A stretch of DNA of 53,339 nt from Kiritimatiellia bacterium (lineage in GTDB: Bacteria > Verrucomicrobiota > Kiritimatiellia > UBA8416 > JADHWI01): contig JADHWI010000012.1 in the NCBI GenBank assembly GCA_016783565.1, positions 1-53,339 of the forward strand, written 5' to 3'. A program made the translations under genes and the position numbers. Position 1 is the first letter of the stretch. Each line of letters opens with the position of its first letter. Positions 9,774 to 20,305 of the stretch are shown one piece after another. The notes beneath the pieces were generated by a model that ran no database searches, was not told where the DNA came from, and was given only the letters and a program-made list of their open reading frames with translations.

Positions 9774-11456
9774 GTGATGGACACCTGCATAGCGATCCTT
9801 CAATTGGCTGCACTTACCAGTGCACTTGTCATCACCCCGTGGCTATTTGTCCGTCGGCTGACACCCAACCGACCACCAGCAGATATCGCAGTCAACACCA
9901 GCTTACTCAGCCTTGGACTAAATGCGTCTTTGCTCCTGGCTCTACACGTGCTCAACGTCCCCATTTGTCCCTTTTTACTCGGATGCATACACCTCACACT
10001 CCTTTCTATTGGCGTGTTGCTCAACGCAACAGCACCGCGGAGTCCTGGTCCCTCAGGCGAAAGGATCACCCCCCTGCCCTCAGAGCTATGGTTGTGCATA
10101 GGTTTATTTTTTCTACTCATCCTTCCATTCACACACCTGGCAGGCATTGATACCTACAAATGGCAAAATACCGCGACAGCAATCCGCGTTGACCAGCAGA
10201 TCTCCTGGTGCATCCATCCCCTATCCCTGTTGGGGTTCACACCACGCTCCTATCCCTGCCTGCAGCCTTTCCTGCTTGCCACAGTTCAGATCCTGGGTGG
10301 GGTTGGCGTCAAAGGTGGATTCTTCATTGTTTCCATTTTCTCCGGATTTCTTGCTGCCACAGGTGCTTTTCACCTGGGACAACGGATCTTCACCGACAAA
10401 CAAAAAACATTTGTTTTTACATTCCTGTACGTTCTCTCACCGCTGTTTTGCCGATACAATCACTGGGCCACCGGCCGCGGCCTCTTAATGGCTCTTCTGC
10501 CGTCATTCCTTTACGCGCTCGTATTCGCACGCGGAATTCATCGTGTTATTCGCAGTATTCTGATCGGCACTCTGGTTGCTGCATCGCACAAAAGTGGTGC
10601 CGTCGGCATAATCATACTACCCATACTGGTGGCCATTTCTGCATGCGTTCCGACGCACCGAACGATTCGCATGACGATAATTTTCTGCGCCTGCCTGATC
10701 GGCATTCTATTCGCCCCGGGATCCCTCCTGCCTGGAATAGCGGGAAAAGGAGTGGGTGTCGCACGCTTTACACTGACTCGATTCGGCGTACTGCTTCCCC
10801 TCTGCATTCTTGGACTATATCGAACATGGCCCGCACGACGATTTCTGCAAGTCTGCGTACTCGGCCTGCTTGTCTGGCTCCCCCCTTCGTTCCACAGCCG
10901 AGTCTATGCAGCACTTCTCGCGCTTCCATTTCTAGCTGCACCGGCAACGCTCGGAGTCTCACAACTTGAAGATCTGCTCCCCATTTCCAGACAACTCACA
11001 CGCCGTACCGTTCTCGGACTCTGCCTCATCGGCGCAATCATCACAGTCATACACCGCTCTTCCACCGCCGCTTCCTCCGAGGTGGTGACAGCCGCAAATC
11101 TTCTCGAGAAGATTGACCCCACTGGCCCATACCAATTAACCGCACCGGGTCTGACTCGCCGACAGATCCAGGCCTATGTCTCGGGGTGTCCACGCATGTC
11201 GCTGCATGCATCTCAGAACGCTCAGGTCAAAATCGAAGCACCACCCTCCCTACGGGGATCTCCCGAAACCATTACCCAGAACTGGATCCGCTATCTACGC
11301 AACATTTTCGAGCTTTCAGAGCTGGACGTCCAATGGTACGGTGAAACACCAAGGCATTATTTTGTGGTGATAGACGGACAAGGAGAAAAATCACAAGATG
11401 CGGTCTCCCTTGCACGGGAAGGCTCCGTTATTATCTATGGCAGATCACAACCATAA
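9774..11456 (+). CDS. Polytopic inner-membrane protein (about 10 or more TM helices plus a ~130-aa soluble C-terminal domain). Possible GT-C-type glycosyltransferase or polymerase.
   Basis: Hydrophobic helices throughout the first ~420 aa. Location between an FGE-domain gene and a Wzy_C-family gene suggests an envelope glycan role. No motif I can name with certainty. Confidence 0.4.
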   Translation: MMDTCIAILQLAALTSALVITPWLFVRRLTPNRPPADIAVNTSLLSLGLNASLLLALHVLNVPICPFLLGCIHLTLLSIGVLLNATAPRSPGPSGERITPLPSELWLCIGLFFLLILPFTHLAGIDTYKWQNTATAIRVDQQISWCIHPLSLLGFTPRSYPCLQPFLLATVQILGGVGVKGGFFIVSIFSGFLAATGAFHLGQRIFTDKQKTFVFTFLYVLSPLFCRYNHWATGRGLLMALLPSFLYALVFARGIHRVIRSILIGTLVAASHKSGAVGIIILPILVAISACVPTHRTIRMTIIFCACLIGILFAPGSLLPGIAGKGVGVARFTLTRFGVLLPLCILGLYRTWPARRFLQVCVLGLLVWLPPSFHSRVYAALLALPFLAAPATLGVSQLEDLLPISRQLTRRTVLGLCLIGAIITVIHRSSTAASSEVVTAANLLEKIDPTGPYQLTAPGLTRRQIQAYVSGCPRMSLHASQNAQVKIEAPPSLRGSPETITQNWIRYLRNIFELSELDVQWYGETPRHYFVVIDGQGEKSQDAVSLAREGSVIIYGRSQP

Positions 11457-11525
11457 TGCAACAGCGGCAACGGTACAGCGGTGTTACGCGAAGGAATAGC
11501 CTCTAACTGCGGGTAAGGTTCACTT

Positions 11526-13331
11526 ATGTTTGTTCTACCGTTAGTTACATTGATTGCATGCGTGCTGCTACTGACCGCCGGCGGCGCAGGTTCATTCACA
11601 TGGACCGCCGGTCTGGCCGCCTGCCTGCTTGCAGCCGTCGCCATGACGGTCATTCGCGGCAGACACGTATTTCCCATCTCGCGCAAACAAAATAAAGCAC
11701 TCCCGGGAGTAGACATGTCAGTGATGATTGCCCTCGTTCTCATCACACTCACAGTCTTGCCTCTGTCTCTAAAAATGTCAGCCATGTCAGGACCAGGTTT
11801 TTTTCAACAGAACCAGGCCGTAGATAAGGCCGTTACACAGGCAGCAGAACTGGATTTGGCCGAGCCCTTTCAACCACGCTACTGCTACTCGCGCAATCGC
11901 ATCGGCACGCAACGCATCGCGATCATTCTTGTCCTCGCGTTTCTGTCGGCATCCCTTTCCGCCCACTTCTCAGTAAAACAAAAGGAAAGCTACCTCCTTT
12001 TTCTGGCCTTCCTTGGATCTGCACTGGCCGTGTCCGGCATACTGTCCCTAACGCGCTTTCCGCAAGGAGACACGCTTTGGTGGCGCATCCCCATCAAACA
12101 CGGATTGCCAGGCCCGGTAGCCTGCTTCGTCAACCGCAACTATTTTGCCGGCTGCATGACCATACTGAGCGCCTCTACGGGAGGCTTACTATGGCATTCC
12201 TGCGTTCATCGTCGTTGGGGTCATGCCCTTATTTCCGCAATTTCGCTGGCGTTAATGGGGTCAGGACTCGTCATGGCGCTCAGTCGCGGTGCTATCATAG
12301 CCTATGCCGCGGCTGCCACTTTCTTTCTCGTCCTTCTCTTTCTCCGCCGACAACTCATCACCGCAATCGTGCTCCTGATTGTTGTCATTGCCTCCTGCAC
12401 CATGGTTATGCGCAGTGCAGAGCATGACACCCGTGAACGACTGCAGTCATTAAAAGATCCTCTGCAAACTGCAAGCGCAAAATCGCGAGTAAACATGTGG
12501 ACGGATGCAATCGGAATCTGGAGTGCTCACCCAACAGCCGGAGTCGGCATGGACGGATTTCGCATGATCTACCCTCAGCACCGCACAACATCCCGAAGCG
12601 GGTTTGCAAGCCATGCCGAAAACATCTACGTACAAGTACTTTGTGAAACAGGCCTCATTGGAGTTACCCTGATCTTTCTTCTATCGATAGCCATCATACG
12701 CTTGCTCCGATCTCCCTCCATTGATCACGCCGCCACTCGTCCCTTTCTTCCCGCAAGCGCAGCTGCAGTCATTGCGGCCGGCGCGCACTCCATGTTCGAT
12801 TCGCCACTACTGATCCCCATGAACGCCATGCTGACCGCATCCATACTGGGACTCAGCCTTTCCATTGAAGAAGGCATCAGCAAACCCGCTCACGTGAGTA
12901 CGCGTCCTTATACGGTCACCTATGCATCGGTCATCGCATTGATATTTGGTTTGCTTTGCATCCCCATGCACCGCACGGACTCCATCCGCTTTTGCAGGAC
13001 AGCATCCGCCGAACAACTCGTGCGCGCTTTACCCGCTGCACCCTCCTCATGGATGCACTGGTACTACTTGGGCCGTCAGGCATGCCTGACGCGAACTCCG
13101 GCGGGACGCAAATTCGGAGAGCACTGCATTTCGCGTGCCGCCGAACTGGACCCTAATAACTACAAAATATGGAGGGAACTGGGAATATTAAGACTCCGCC
13201 TTGACAACCATGCGGGAGCCGCTACGGCCTTCAGGCGGGTTCGCGAATTGGGCCGCCACTGGGTTAACCTTCCTGCTGTGCCGGGATACGACTACGAAAC
13301 AACCCCGGAGAAAGGCGACAACGGGACATGA
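11526..13331 (+). CDS. O-antigen ligase/polymerase family (Wzy_C) membrane protein with C-terminal TPR repeats
   Basis: Multi-TM N-terminal region with the Wzy_C-like periplasmic loop ...LSRGAIIAYAAAATFF... The C-terminal ~120 aa look TPR-like (WYYLGRQ...YKIWRELGILRLRLDNHAGAATAFRRVRELG). Confidence 0.58.
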   Translation: MFVLPLVTLIACVLLLTAGGAGSFTWTAGLAACLLAAVAMTVIRGRHVFPISRKQNKALPGVDMSVMIALVLITLTVLPLSLKMSAMSGPGFFQQNQAVDKAVTQAAELDLAEPFQPRYCYSRNRIGTQRIAIILVLAFLSASLSAHFSVKQKESYLLFLAFLGSALAVSGILSLTRFPQGDTLWWRIPIKHGLPGPVACFVNRNYFAGCMTILSASTGGLLWHSCVHRRWGHALISAISLALMGSGLVMALSRGAIIAYAAAATFFLVLLFLRRQLITAIVLLIVVIASCTMVMRSAEHDTRERLQSLKDPLQTASAKSRVNMWTDAIGIWSAHPTAGVGMDGFRMIYPQHRTTSRSGFASHAENIYVQVLCETGLIGVTLIFLLSIAIIRLLRSPSIDHAATRPFLPASAAAVIAAGAHSMFDSPLLIPMNAMLTASILGLSLSIEEGISKPAHVSTRPYTVTYASVIALIFGLLCIPMHRTDSIRFCRTASAEQLVRALPAAPSSWMHWYYLGRQACLTRTPAGRKFGEHCISRAAELDPNNYKIWRELGILRLRLDNHAGAATAFRRVRELGRHWVNLPAVPGYDYETTPEKGDNGT

Positions 13332-13687
13332 TGAACCAGCTTCTACTGGGATCAGCAATCCCCTTTGCTGTGGCGCTACTGATCTATCTCCTGCGACGGT
13401 GCCGCGCATCACTTCCAACACTTGTCATCACACCGTTGGCGATGTTGCTTGGCGCCTTATGGGCTGTCATTCCCGACCTACCACGCATCGTGGGAAAAAA
13501 CGATCTGTACCTGCGCTGGTCCAAAGACCCACGCATGAACCTCTTTTTCTGGCATTACAGCATTGATCTCACAGAGTCCGACTCTCCGTGGTATGCAGCG
13601 GGCATAGCCGTGCTTCTTGCTCTACTTCTCGCAGCGGCATGGCAACAACTCTCACGCATGGAGCGGGAGGCACAATGGCCCACGTAA
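13328..13687 (+). CDS. Small hypothetical membrane protein (3 predicted TM helices)
   Basis: ATGATGA start overlaps the stop of the upstream Wzy_C gene. Hydrophobic segments present. Confidence 0.3.
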   Translation: MMNQLLLGSAIPFAVALLIYLLRRCRASLPTLVITPLAMLLGALWAVIPDLPRIVGKNDLYLRWSKDPRMNLFFWHYSIDLTESDSPWYAAGIAVLLALLLAAAWQQLSRMEREAQWPT

Positions 13688-14106
13688 CGCTGCACTTCAG
13701 TTTCGGGATTGCCGTGGTATCCACGCTAATGCTGCGACGCATGATCGTACGCTGGCGCAATGGTAAGCCCATGGCAGCCACGCTCAAACGATGGCTGATT
13801 TGGAGTTACACCGCAGGCATTTATGCATCCATACCCAGCCTATTGCGTCAACTCGGTGTATCCGACGCAATCTGCAATGGCTGGTGGATGAATGTATTTC
13901 TCTTCTACGCACTAATCAAGCGCCTGTTCACCTTTGGAGGAATGCCTTTGGGCGCCTTGACCCTGGGACTCTGCTTTTCCGTCCAGTACGCCGTCCTTCT
14001 GGCTGCAATTATACGGACATGTCGCCCACAACACGGGCACCATCCTTATCTAAATGATGCGCAAACAGGTCCACCGTCTTCTGCACCGCTCCACGACGGT
14101 CCATAA
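13675..14106 (+). CDS. Small hypothetical membrane protein. Its 3' end overlaps kdtA on the opposite strand.
   Basis: Start overlaps the previous ORF by 13 nt in a different frame. Four hydrophobic helices. The last ~33 codons overlap the kdtA C-terminus, so the call or its true stop is uncertain. Confidence 0.25.
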   Translation: MAHVTLHFSFGIAVVSTLMLRRMIVRWRNGKPMAATLKRWLIWSYTAGIYASIPSLLRQLGVSDAICNGWWMNVFLFYALIKRLFTFGGMPLGALTLGLCFSVQYAVLLAAIIRTCRPQHGHHPYLNDAQTGPPSSAPLHDGP

Positions 14107-15346
14107 CAACATTGCGTGCACGTTGTCCCAACTCTTCCCGCCTGCTTGCGTCCTCAAGCAATGCGATTAAACACGCATACAACTCAACGTCATCCGCCAC
14201 CTGAACCACGGCATTCGCAGCAGAAAGATCGGCCATAACCGGTACAAAATTCTCCATATTCGGTCCCACCACTACCGGTTTACCTAAAGCGGCAGGCTCA
14301 ATAACATTCTGACCACCATGCTGCGTGAGACTTTTGCCCACAAAAATAATATCCGCATGCACATAAAAATCTTTAAGTTCACCCGTCGTATCCACTAACA
14401 AAACATCCACCGGAGCATCTTCGGATACCTGTGGCGGCTTCAACGAACTGCGCAATGCCCAGGACACGCCACTTCTCTTCAGCACTGCCATCACCTGACG
14501 TGTACGCTCCACGTGACGCGGAACAAGCACAAGAAACGTTTCAGGATGCGATTCTCGAATACGCTTGAACAGACGCAGAAGGATCTCCTCCTCACCCGAC
14601 CAGGTGGAGCCACCCACGATAACAAGCGCACCCTCTTTCATGCCCGCTGCCTGCAACAATGCATGCACATACTCACGATGCCCACCCGAAATGTCGGCCA
14701 TGTCATACTTCGAAGAACCCACCACCATGATGCGATCCCCTGGCACATCCAACGCACGCAATCGCTCTGCATCGGTCTCGCCCTGCACGCAAAATAGACT
14801 CATCATTTCCGTGATACGACGGAACATGCCGCGCATCAGTTTGTAGCCACGATATGAACTGTCAGACATTCGCCCGTTGATCAACATCACCGGCACCGCT
14901 CTCGAATCTGCCTCGCGAATCAAATTCGGCCAGAATTCGCACTCCGTTAACACAATTGCCAGAGGGTGAATCACATCCATAACGCGACGGACAACGACAG
15001 GAAAATCAACAGGAAAATACAACAACGCATCGTTTGGATCCATGTTTGATGCAGCAATGGCATGTCCCGTAGATGTGGTCGTTGTCAGAACAAAACACCA
15101 TTCAGGATGCTTCTCACGACAAGTTTTCATGAAATTCAACGCCACATAAATCTCACCGACGCTGACCGCATGCACCCAAATGCGTGGCACACGCTGGATC
15201 TCCTCTATCACATGCGGATTGTAACGTCCGAATCGCTCACCGAATCCACGCCGATAACCGCCACGACGCCACATTCGGTAAAAAAACTTAGGCAACATGA
15301 GCGTATAACCCACCGCAAACAACACATTATAAAGAAACCACGGCAT
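14009..15346 (-). CDS. kdtA: 3-deoxy-D-manno-octulosonic acid (Kdo) transferase
   Basis: 445 aa. N-terminal membrane anchor and GT30 family blocks (RIWVHAVSVGE, ...GGS...E.E). A typical KdtA/WaaA. Confidence 0.82.
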   Translation of the reverse strand: MPWFLYNVLFAVGYTLMLPKFFYRMWRRGGYRRGFGERFGRYNPHVIEEIQRVPRIWVHAVSVGEIYVALNFMKTCREKHPEWCFVLTTTTSTGHAIAASNMDPNDALLYFPVDFPVVVRRVMDVIHPLAIVLTECEFWPNLIREADSRAVPVMLINGRMSDSSYRGYKLMRGMFRRITEMMSLFCVQGETDAERLRALDVPGDRIMVVGSSKYDMADISGGHREYVHALLQAAGMKEGALVIVGGSTWSGEEEILLRLFKRIRESHPETFLVLVPRHVERTRQVMAVLKRSGVSWALRSSLKPPQVSEDAPVDVLLVDTTGELKDFYVHADIIFVGKSLTQHGGQNVIEPAALGKPVVVGPNMENFVPVMADLSAANAVVQVADDVELYACLIALLEDASRREELGQRARNVVMDRRGAVQKTVDLFAHHLDKDGARVVGDMSV

Positions 15347-15436
15347 AGATTGTTTCGTCCCATTTATTGGGTTTATCCACGTTTCATCAAAGACTCAATT
15401 TAAACTGGAACATGCTCCTCAGGCGTCCACAAACGT

Positions 15437-16414
15437 TCACTCCGCCCGTGGATGGGCCTCACTATATACTTTCCGCATCCGCTCAATCGAGATGTGTGTA
15501 TAAATCTGCGTTGTAGACAAGCTGGAATGCCCCAGCAATTCCTGAACACTACGCAGATCCGCTCCTGCGTCCAACATATGCGTGGCGAAGCTGTGCCGTA
15601 ATGCATGCGGAGAGAAACTCCCCGGCAAATGAGCCGCAGCCAAATGCTTCTTCATCATGCGCTCGATGGACCGGGCTGTCAACGGCCCGCCACGTAAGTT
15701 CAGAAAAACAACACTACCCGCTTTGCGCGGAAATCCCCCACCCCACAATTCAGCCGCCTTTTCCATCGCCGCCCTCAATGCCTTGCAGGCATGACTCCCC
15801 AACGGACACAGACGCTCCTTCTTGCCCTTTCCTCGCACCTTGATGACACCCGAAAGCAAATCCAGCTCACTCTCCCGCAAACCGGCGATTTCCCCAATAC
15901 GTGCACCGGTACTGTAAAGCAATTCAAGGATAGCCGTGTCACGCAATGCCGCATACTCCACCGAAGGCGTCGGCGGGCGCCCCGCCGCACGCTCCCGCGC
16001 CATGACTTTGCATGGCGCCTCAATCAGGCGCGTCACCTCGGCTACCGACAACACATCCGGCAAACGCGACGGACGTTTCGGCGGACGCAGCCCCGCAAAG
16101 GGATTGCGAACGACAACCTCCTCCCGCTGAAGAAACTTGTAGAACGAACGCACACTCGAGAGCTTCCGCGCTGTGGTGGTCGGCGCACTGCCAACCTTCT
16201 GAAATTCCACCAGAAATGCGCGTGCTTTAAATCGGTCCGGCATATCCCAACGAAACGGCGGCACCTGCTCCGGCCAAACAAATCCAACAAACTGCTCAAT
16301 GTCCATCAGGTAATTGCTGACGGTGTGTCGCGACGCATTTCTCTCCGTCTGCAAGTAGTCAACAAAATGAACTACATGCGGATCGGATCCCGCATTCTTA
16401 CTTGGCTGTATCAT
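15437..16414 (-). CDS. xerC: Tyrosine recombinase XerC/XerD (chromosome dimer resolution)
   Basis: Phage-integrase-family catalytic residues R...HxxR...Y (HALRHSFATHML, LGHSSLSTTQIYTHI). Co-directional with, and overlapping, the 3' end of topA. Confidence 0.82.
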   Translation of the reverse strand: MIQPSKNAGSDPHVVHFVDYLQTERNASRHTVSNYLMDIEQFVGFVWPEQVPPFRWDMPDRFKARAFLVEFQKVGSAPTTTARKLSSVRSFYKFLQREEVVVRNPFAGLRPPKRPSRLPDVLSVAEVTRLIEAPCKVMARERAAGRPPTPSVEYAALRDTAILELLYSTGARIGEIAGLRESELDLLSGVIKVRGKGKKERLCPLGSHACKALRAAMEKAAELWGGGFPRKAGSVVFLNLRGGPLTARSIERMMKKHLAAAHLPGSFSPHALRHSFATHMLDAGADLRSVQELLGHSSLSTTQIYTHISIERMRKVYSEAHPRAE

Positions 16415-18935
16415 CAGTTATCTTGACAGCATCATCGGTTGTACGTTTTCTCAGACCATACTTTTCAGCCAACGCATCATAATTCGCAATCTGATCTCCG
16501 TACCGGGATGCCAGCTTCTTTAACGCTGCTTTCTGCCGGGGCGAAAGCGACTGCCGACTGCGAAAATGACCACAAAGTGACTCGTAAAAGCCAGAATCAT
16601 CAAATGTTCTACGGCCACGTTTTACGGGCTCATTCCAGCGATTGACCGCAGACATCGCATTGAGAATCTCCTCGCTTTCCTCATCCTTTTCCAGGACCGC
16701 TTCAGACAAATCCAGCGACGCCCGCTTCCCTTCAAAATCAGGAATGAGTTCCGAATGGCTCACCACCACATTGTTCAACGCATTGAGCTGCGCATCCGTC
16801 AATCCACGACGCATGGCCACGCGTTCACCCAACGAGTCCACAAATTTGCGCGTTGACTCCTCCAACTCCACAGCAGAGAGCAGTTTCAACTTGACAACCG
16901 TGCTCTCACGCGGACCGTTCTGTTCCGCTTCCTGAAGTGTACTCTCTTTCCCAAGTTCTTTTACGAGCTGCCCCACGTCAGGAAGTTGCTCTTTATAATT
17001 ACCGGCAATACGAATAATCGCTTCATACTGCCTCTCCGAAACAGGACGATCTCCCGTTTCCAACTGGCGCGCAATAGACGCCACAAACTTCTCGTCACTA
17101 TACGTGCGCTTTCCGCGTTTCACCGGTTTCGCCCATTCTTTCACCCCTTCCAGAAGCTGCAACACGCGACGAACCGAATTGGGATCTGCGGATGGCCCCT
17201 TGGTCGATGCCATCCAATCTTTGAAACGATTGTAGAATGCATCCAGCATACCGGTCCATTCCTGATCGCCTTTTTCGATTCCGTCCAACGCATCTTCCAT
17301 GGTCGCGGTAAACGTGACATTAAAGAGTTCTGCCAATGTTTCCTGCAACAATTCATTGACCTTTTCGCCCAATTCTGAAGGCATTAACGAACGCTTCTCG
17401 CTACTCACGTATTTACGCTGATGCAACGTACTGACAGTCGCAGCATAGGTGCTGGGTCGCCCCACCCCATTGCGCTCTAATTCACGCACCAGTCCGGCTT
17501 CGCTAAAGCGCGAGGGCGGTTGCGTCTCCTTTCGCTCAGACAACCACTCCAGACAAGCCAGGCGCTCACCTTCAGCGAGCGCAGGTACCTTCTGAACCTT
17601 TTCCTTATCCGCACCCGCTTTTTTCTCTTTCGTCGCGTCCTCACCCATCACTTTCATGAATCCGGGAAACTCAACGTCCGACGTGCCTGCCGTAAACCGG
17701 TACTCGGTCTGACCCTCTTTACTCGTTTCCGCGAGGAATGTCACAGTCCTTTGCTGCAGGATGGCCGGCGTCATCTGACTGGCAACAAAACGACGCCAGA
17801 TCAGGCCATAGACCTTAAGCTCATTCGGGTCAAGGCGCCCTTTCAAGCTTTCAGGAGTTCGAGTAACGTCTGTCGGACGAATCGCCTCGTGCGCTTCCTG
17901 CGCGCTGGCTCGACTCTTATAGGTGTTCGGCTTCTCGGGCACAAACCTGGCACCATATTTCTTGGTAATCCACGCACTGCACGCATCACGCGCCTCAACC
18001 GATATATTAAACGAATCCGTACGCATATACGTAATTAAACCTTCCGGCCCAGACCCCATGTCCATACCCTCATACAATTTCTGGGCAATACTCATCGTCC
18101 GATTCGGAGAATAGTTAAACTGCGAAGACGCCGCCTGCTGCAAGGTACTGGTGATAAACGGTGGCTGCGCACGGCGGGTCACTTTGCGCGTTTTAATGCC
18201 TTCCACGCGCATGTCACGGCCATCCAATTCCTGCTGAATTTTCGCCGCCTGCTCTTCACTCTTAATCTCAGCCTTTTCATCATCAATACGCGACAATTTG
18301 ATCTGGAACGGGTCGAGCGGCGCAATAAGCTTGCGCACAACCGCACCCATAATCCAATAGGCTTCCGGCTTGAAATCGCGAATTTCTTTTTCCCGATCGC
18401 ATACCAGCTTCAACGCAACCGACTGAACACGTCCCGCACTCAATCCACGACGAATACGGCGCCACAACAACGGACTCACCATGTATCCGACAATACGATC
18501 AAGCACACGTCGCGCCTGCTGTGCATCTACACGATTCTGATCCAACTCTCCCGGATGCTCAAACGCTTCACGCACTGCACGAGGTGTGATCTCGTTGTAC
18601 TGCACACGATGAAACTGGTGCTTCACCTTGGAAGAATCGAGCAACTCCTTGAGATGCCATGCAATTGCTTCCCCCTCACGGTCCGGATCAGGACACAAAT
18701 AAATATCTTCGCACGACTCCGCCGCTTTCTTCAGCTCGCCAGCGATTTTCTTGCGCGACGCCACCACAACATACTGCGGGGCATACCCATTCTTGATGTC
18801 CACACCCAAACGATTGACCGGCAGATCACGAATGTGTCCCTTGGATGACTTGATTACGTAATCCTTGCCCAGGATCTTGCCAATCGTTTTAGCCTTGGCC
18901 GGTGATTCCACAATTACCAATTTCTTTTGTGCCAT
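16398..18935 (-). CDS. topA: DNA topoisomerase I
   Basis: 845 aa. TOPRIM N-terminus MAQKKLVIVESPAKAKTIGKILG and full-length type IA topoisomerase similarity. Confidence 0.95.
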   Translation of the reverse strand: MAQKKLVIVESPAKAKTIGKILGKDYVIKSSKGHIRDLPVNRLGVDIKNGYAPQYVVVASRKKIAGELKKAAESCEDIYLCPDPDREGEAIAWHLKELLDSSKVKHQFHRVQYNEITPRAVREAFEHPGELDQNRVDAQQARRVLDRIVGYMVSPLLWRRIRRGLSAGRVQSVALKLVCDREKEIRDFKPEAYWIMGAVVRKLIAPLDPFQIKLSRIDDEKAEIKSEEQAAKIQQELDGRDMRVEGIKTRKVTRRAQPPFITSTLQQAASSQFNYSPNRTMSIAQKLYEGMDMGSGPEGLITYMRTDSFNISVEARDACSAWITKKYGARFVPEKPNTYKSRASAQEAHEAIRPTDVTRTPESLKGRLDPNELKVYGLIWRRFVASQMTPAILQQRTVTFLAETSKEGQTEYRFTAGTSDVEFPGFMKVMGEDATKEKKAGADKEKVQKVPALAEGERLACLEWLSERKETQPPSRFSEAGLVRELERNGVGRPSTYAATVSTLHQRKYVSSEKRSLMPSELGEKVNELLQETLAELFNVTFTATMEDALDGIEKGDQEWTGMLDAFYNRFKDWMASTKGPSADPNSVRRVLQLLEGVKEWAKPVKRGKRTYSDEKFVASIARQLETGDRPVSERQYEAIIRIAGNYKEQLPDVGQLVKELGKESTLQEAEQNGPRESTVVKLKLLSAVELEESTRKFVDSLGERVAMRRGLTDAQLNALNNVVVSHSELIPDFEGKRASLDLSEAVLEKDEESEEILNAMSAVNRWNEPVKRGRRTFDDSGFYESLCGHFRSRQSLSPRQKAALKKLASRYGDQIANYDALAEKYGLRKRTTDDAVKITDDTAK

Positions 18936-19006
18936 TTGCTCTATGTCCTTCTATTCTAGTCCCTGTTCTCCACACACTTTGGTGAAGTTTAATGCAGCTC
19001 TTGCTG

Positions 19007-20113
19007 CTAGCCCCGTGCACTCGCCAATTCTACAACCCGTCCCGGCAACATGCGCACGACCCGTTTCATTTCCAGGGTCATCAGGACTGAGTTGACGTCG
19101 GCAACAGACAGGTTGGCCAGGCGAATCAGCCCATCCACATCCCGTCGGCCTGCGTGCAATAATTCTACAACATTTAATTCCTTTTCCGTAAGCTCCGGCT
19201 GTGGTGCGCCGGCACTCTGCATCGTCGGCGACCCCAACGGCAACAACATTTCAAATTCCTTGAGGATGTCCTCTGCCTTCGTGACGACCCGAGCCCCCTG
19301 CTTCAACAACTCGTTCGTGCCACGCGAACCATTTGAATCAATACGTCCAGGCACGGCAAACACGGTCCGTCCCTGCTCTAACGCCTGGCTCACTGTAATC
19401 AGAGCCCCACTGCGCGCCGCAGCTTCAACCACCAGCGACCCCATACTCAATCCACTCACGATTCGGTTACGCATCGGAAACGTCGTCTTGTCCGGACGGC
19501 GATCAAGCGGAAATTCACTGATCAATGCGCCTTGTGACACAATGCTCTCTGCCAATTCCCGGTTCGAAGCCGGATACAGATGCTCCATACCGCTTCCAAT
19601 CACCGCCAGGGTCCGTCCTCCCGCACGCAGTGCCGCTTCGTGTGCTACTGTATCAATACCTTCGGCCAACCCGCTCACCACAACCATTCCCGCCTTTGCC
19701 AACGCATAGGCCAGCCGATCCGTCGTGTCACGACCGTACAACGAAGGTCGACGCGTACCCACCACAGCTACGCTGTGTCGGTCCCGACTTTCAAGCTTAC
19801 CTCGTACATACAGAGCCAGAGGTGGATCATGAATCTCTCGCAACAAAGGCGGATATTCCGCATCCGCCATCGTCACCAAACGCGCACCCAGCGCTTCGGC
19901 CCGATCCACTTCCTTTTCCCACTCTACGGTCGATCGCTGCTCCAGGACCGCACGAACCGTTTCGCGCCCCATTCCCTTTGCACCCAGCAAATCACCCTCT
20001 GAACAAGAAAAAATCGTGTCGGCCGAGCCCACATGCTCAACCAGCGCCCGAACCCCCACGGGTCCGATCTTCTCCATCATGTTTAACGCAATGTACGCTT
20101 CTCGCTCGTTCAC
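19007..20113 (-). CDS. dprA: DNA processing protein A (Smf)
   Basis: 368 aa. Rossmann-like DprA core ...AVVGTRRPS.YG..........G..VVSGLAEGIDT.AH..AL..GG.T.AV.G.G.... Lies upstream of topA, as in many bacteria. Confidence 0.88.
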   Translation of the reverse strand: MNEREAYIALNMMEKIGPVGVRALVEHVGSADTIFSCSEGDLLGAKGMGRETVRAVLEQRSTVEWEKEVDRAEALGARLVTMADAEYPPLLREIHDPPLALYVRGKLESRDRHSVAVVGTRRPSLYGRDTTDRLAYALAKAGMVVVSGLAEGIDTVAHEAALRAGGRTLAVIGSGMEHLYPASNRELAESIVSQGALISEFPLDRRPDKTTFPMRNRIVSGLSMGSLVVEAAARSGALITVSQALEQGRTVFAVPGRIDSNGSRGTNELLKQGARVVTKAEDILKEFEMLLPLGSPTMQSAGAPQPELTEKELNVVELLHAGRRDVDGLIRLANLSVADVNSVLMTLEMKRVVRMLPGRVVELASARG

Positions 20114-20230
20114 GCAGAATACTCCGCTCGAAATTTAAAAGTGCGGTAAGTAACAGATATAGCTACTTTGATCAAGCCTGAGTTCCAATTCTCTCCACCG
20201 AAATACAAATTTGCAGCAACATCCCATATT

Positions 20231-20305
20231 TAATCATCACGAATCTGATTATAATCCTAGCTTAACTTTGTAATAGCATAGACCCAGTAATTTTGTGTTA
20301 GGATT
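20231..20305. promoter_or_regulatory. Candidate operator/promoter elements in the AT-rich spacer upstream of the HTH gene. Palindrome TAATCA-N9-TGATTA at 20231-20251 and inverted repeat AATCCTAG ... TTAGGATT at 20253-20260 and 20298-20305.
   Basis: Read directly from the sequence. The spacer at 20114-20332 is about 33% GC in a ~57% GC genome. Inverted repeats of this kind are typical binding sites for dimeric HTH regulators. Confidence 0.35.

Noticed and set aside
15437-16414. Tyrosine recombinase as a possible marker of an integrated mobile element
   Set aside because: It sits co-directionally within the conserved dprA-topA-xerC chromosomal arrangement. There are no flanking direct repeats, tRNA, or phage or transposon genes. 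It is best read as housekeeping XerC/XerD.
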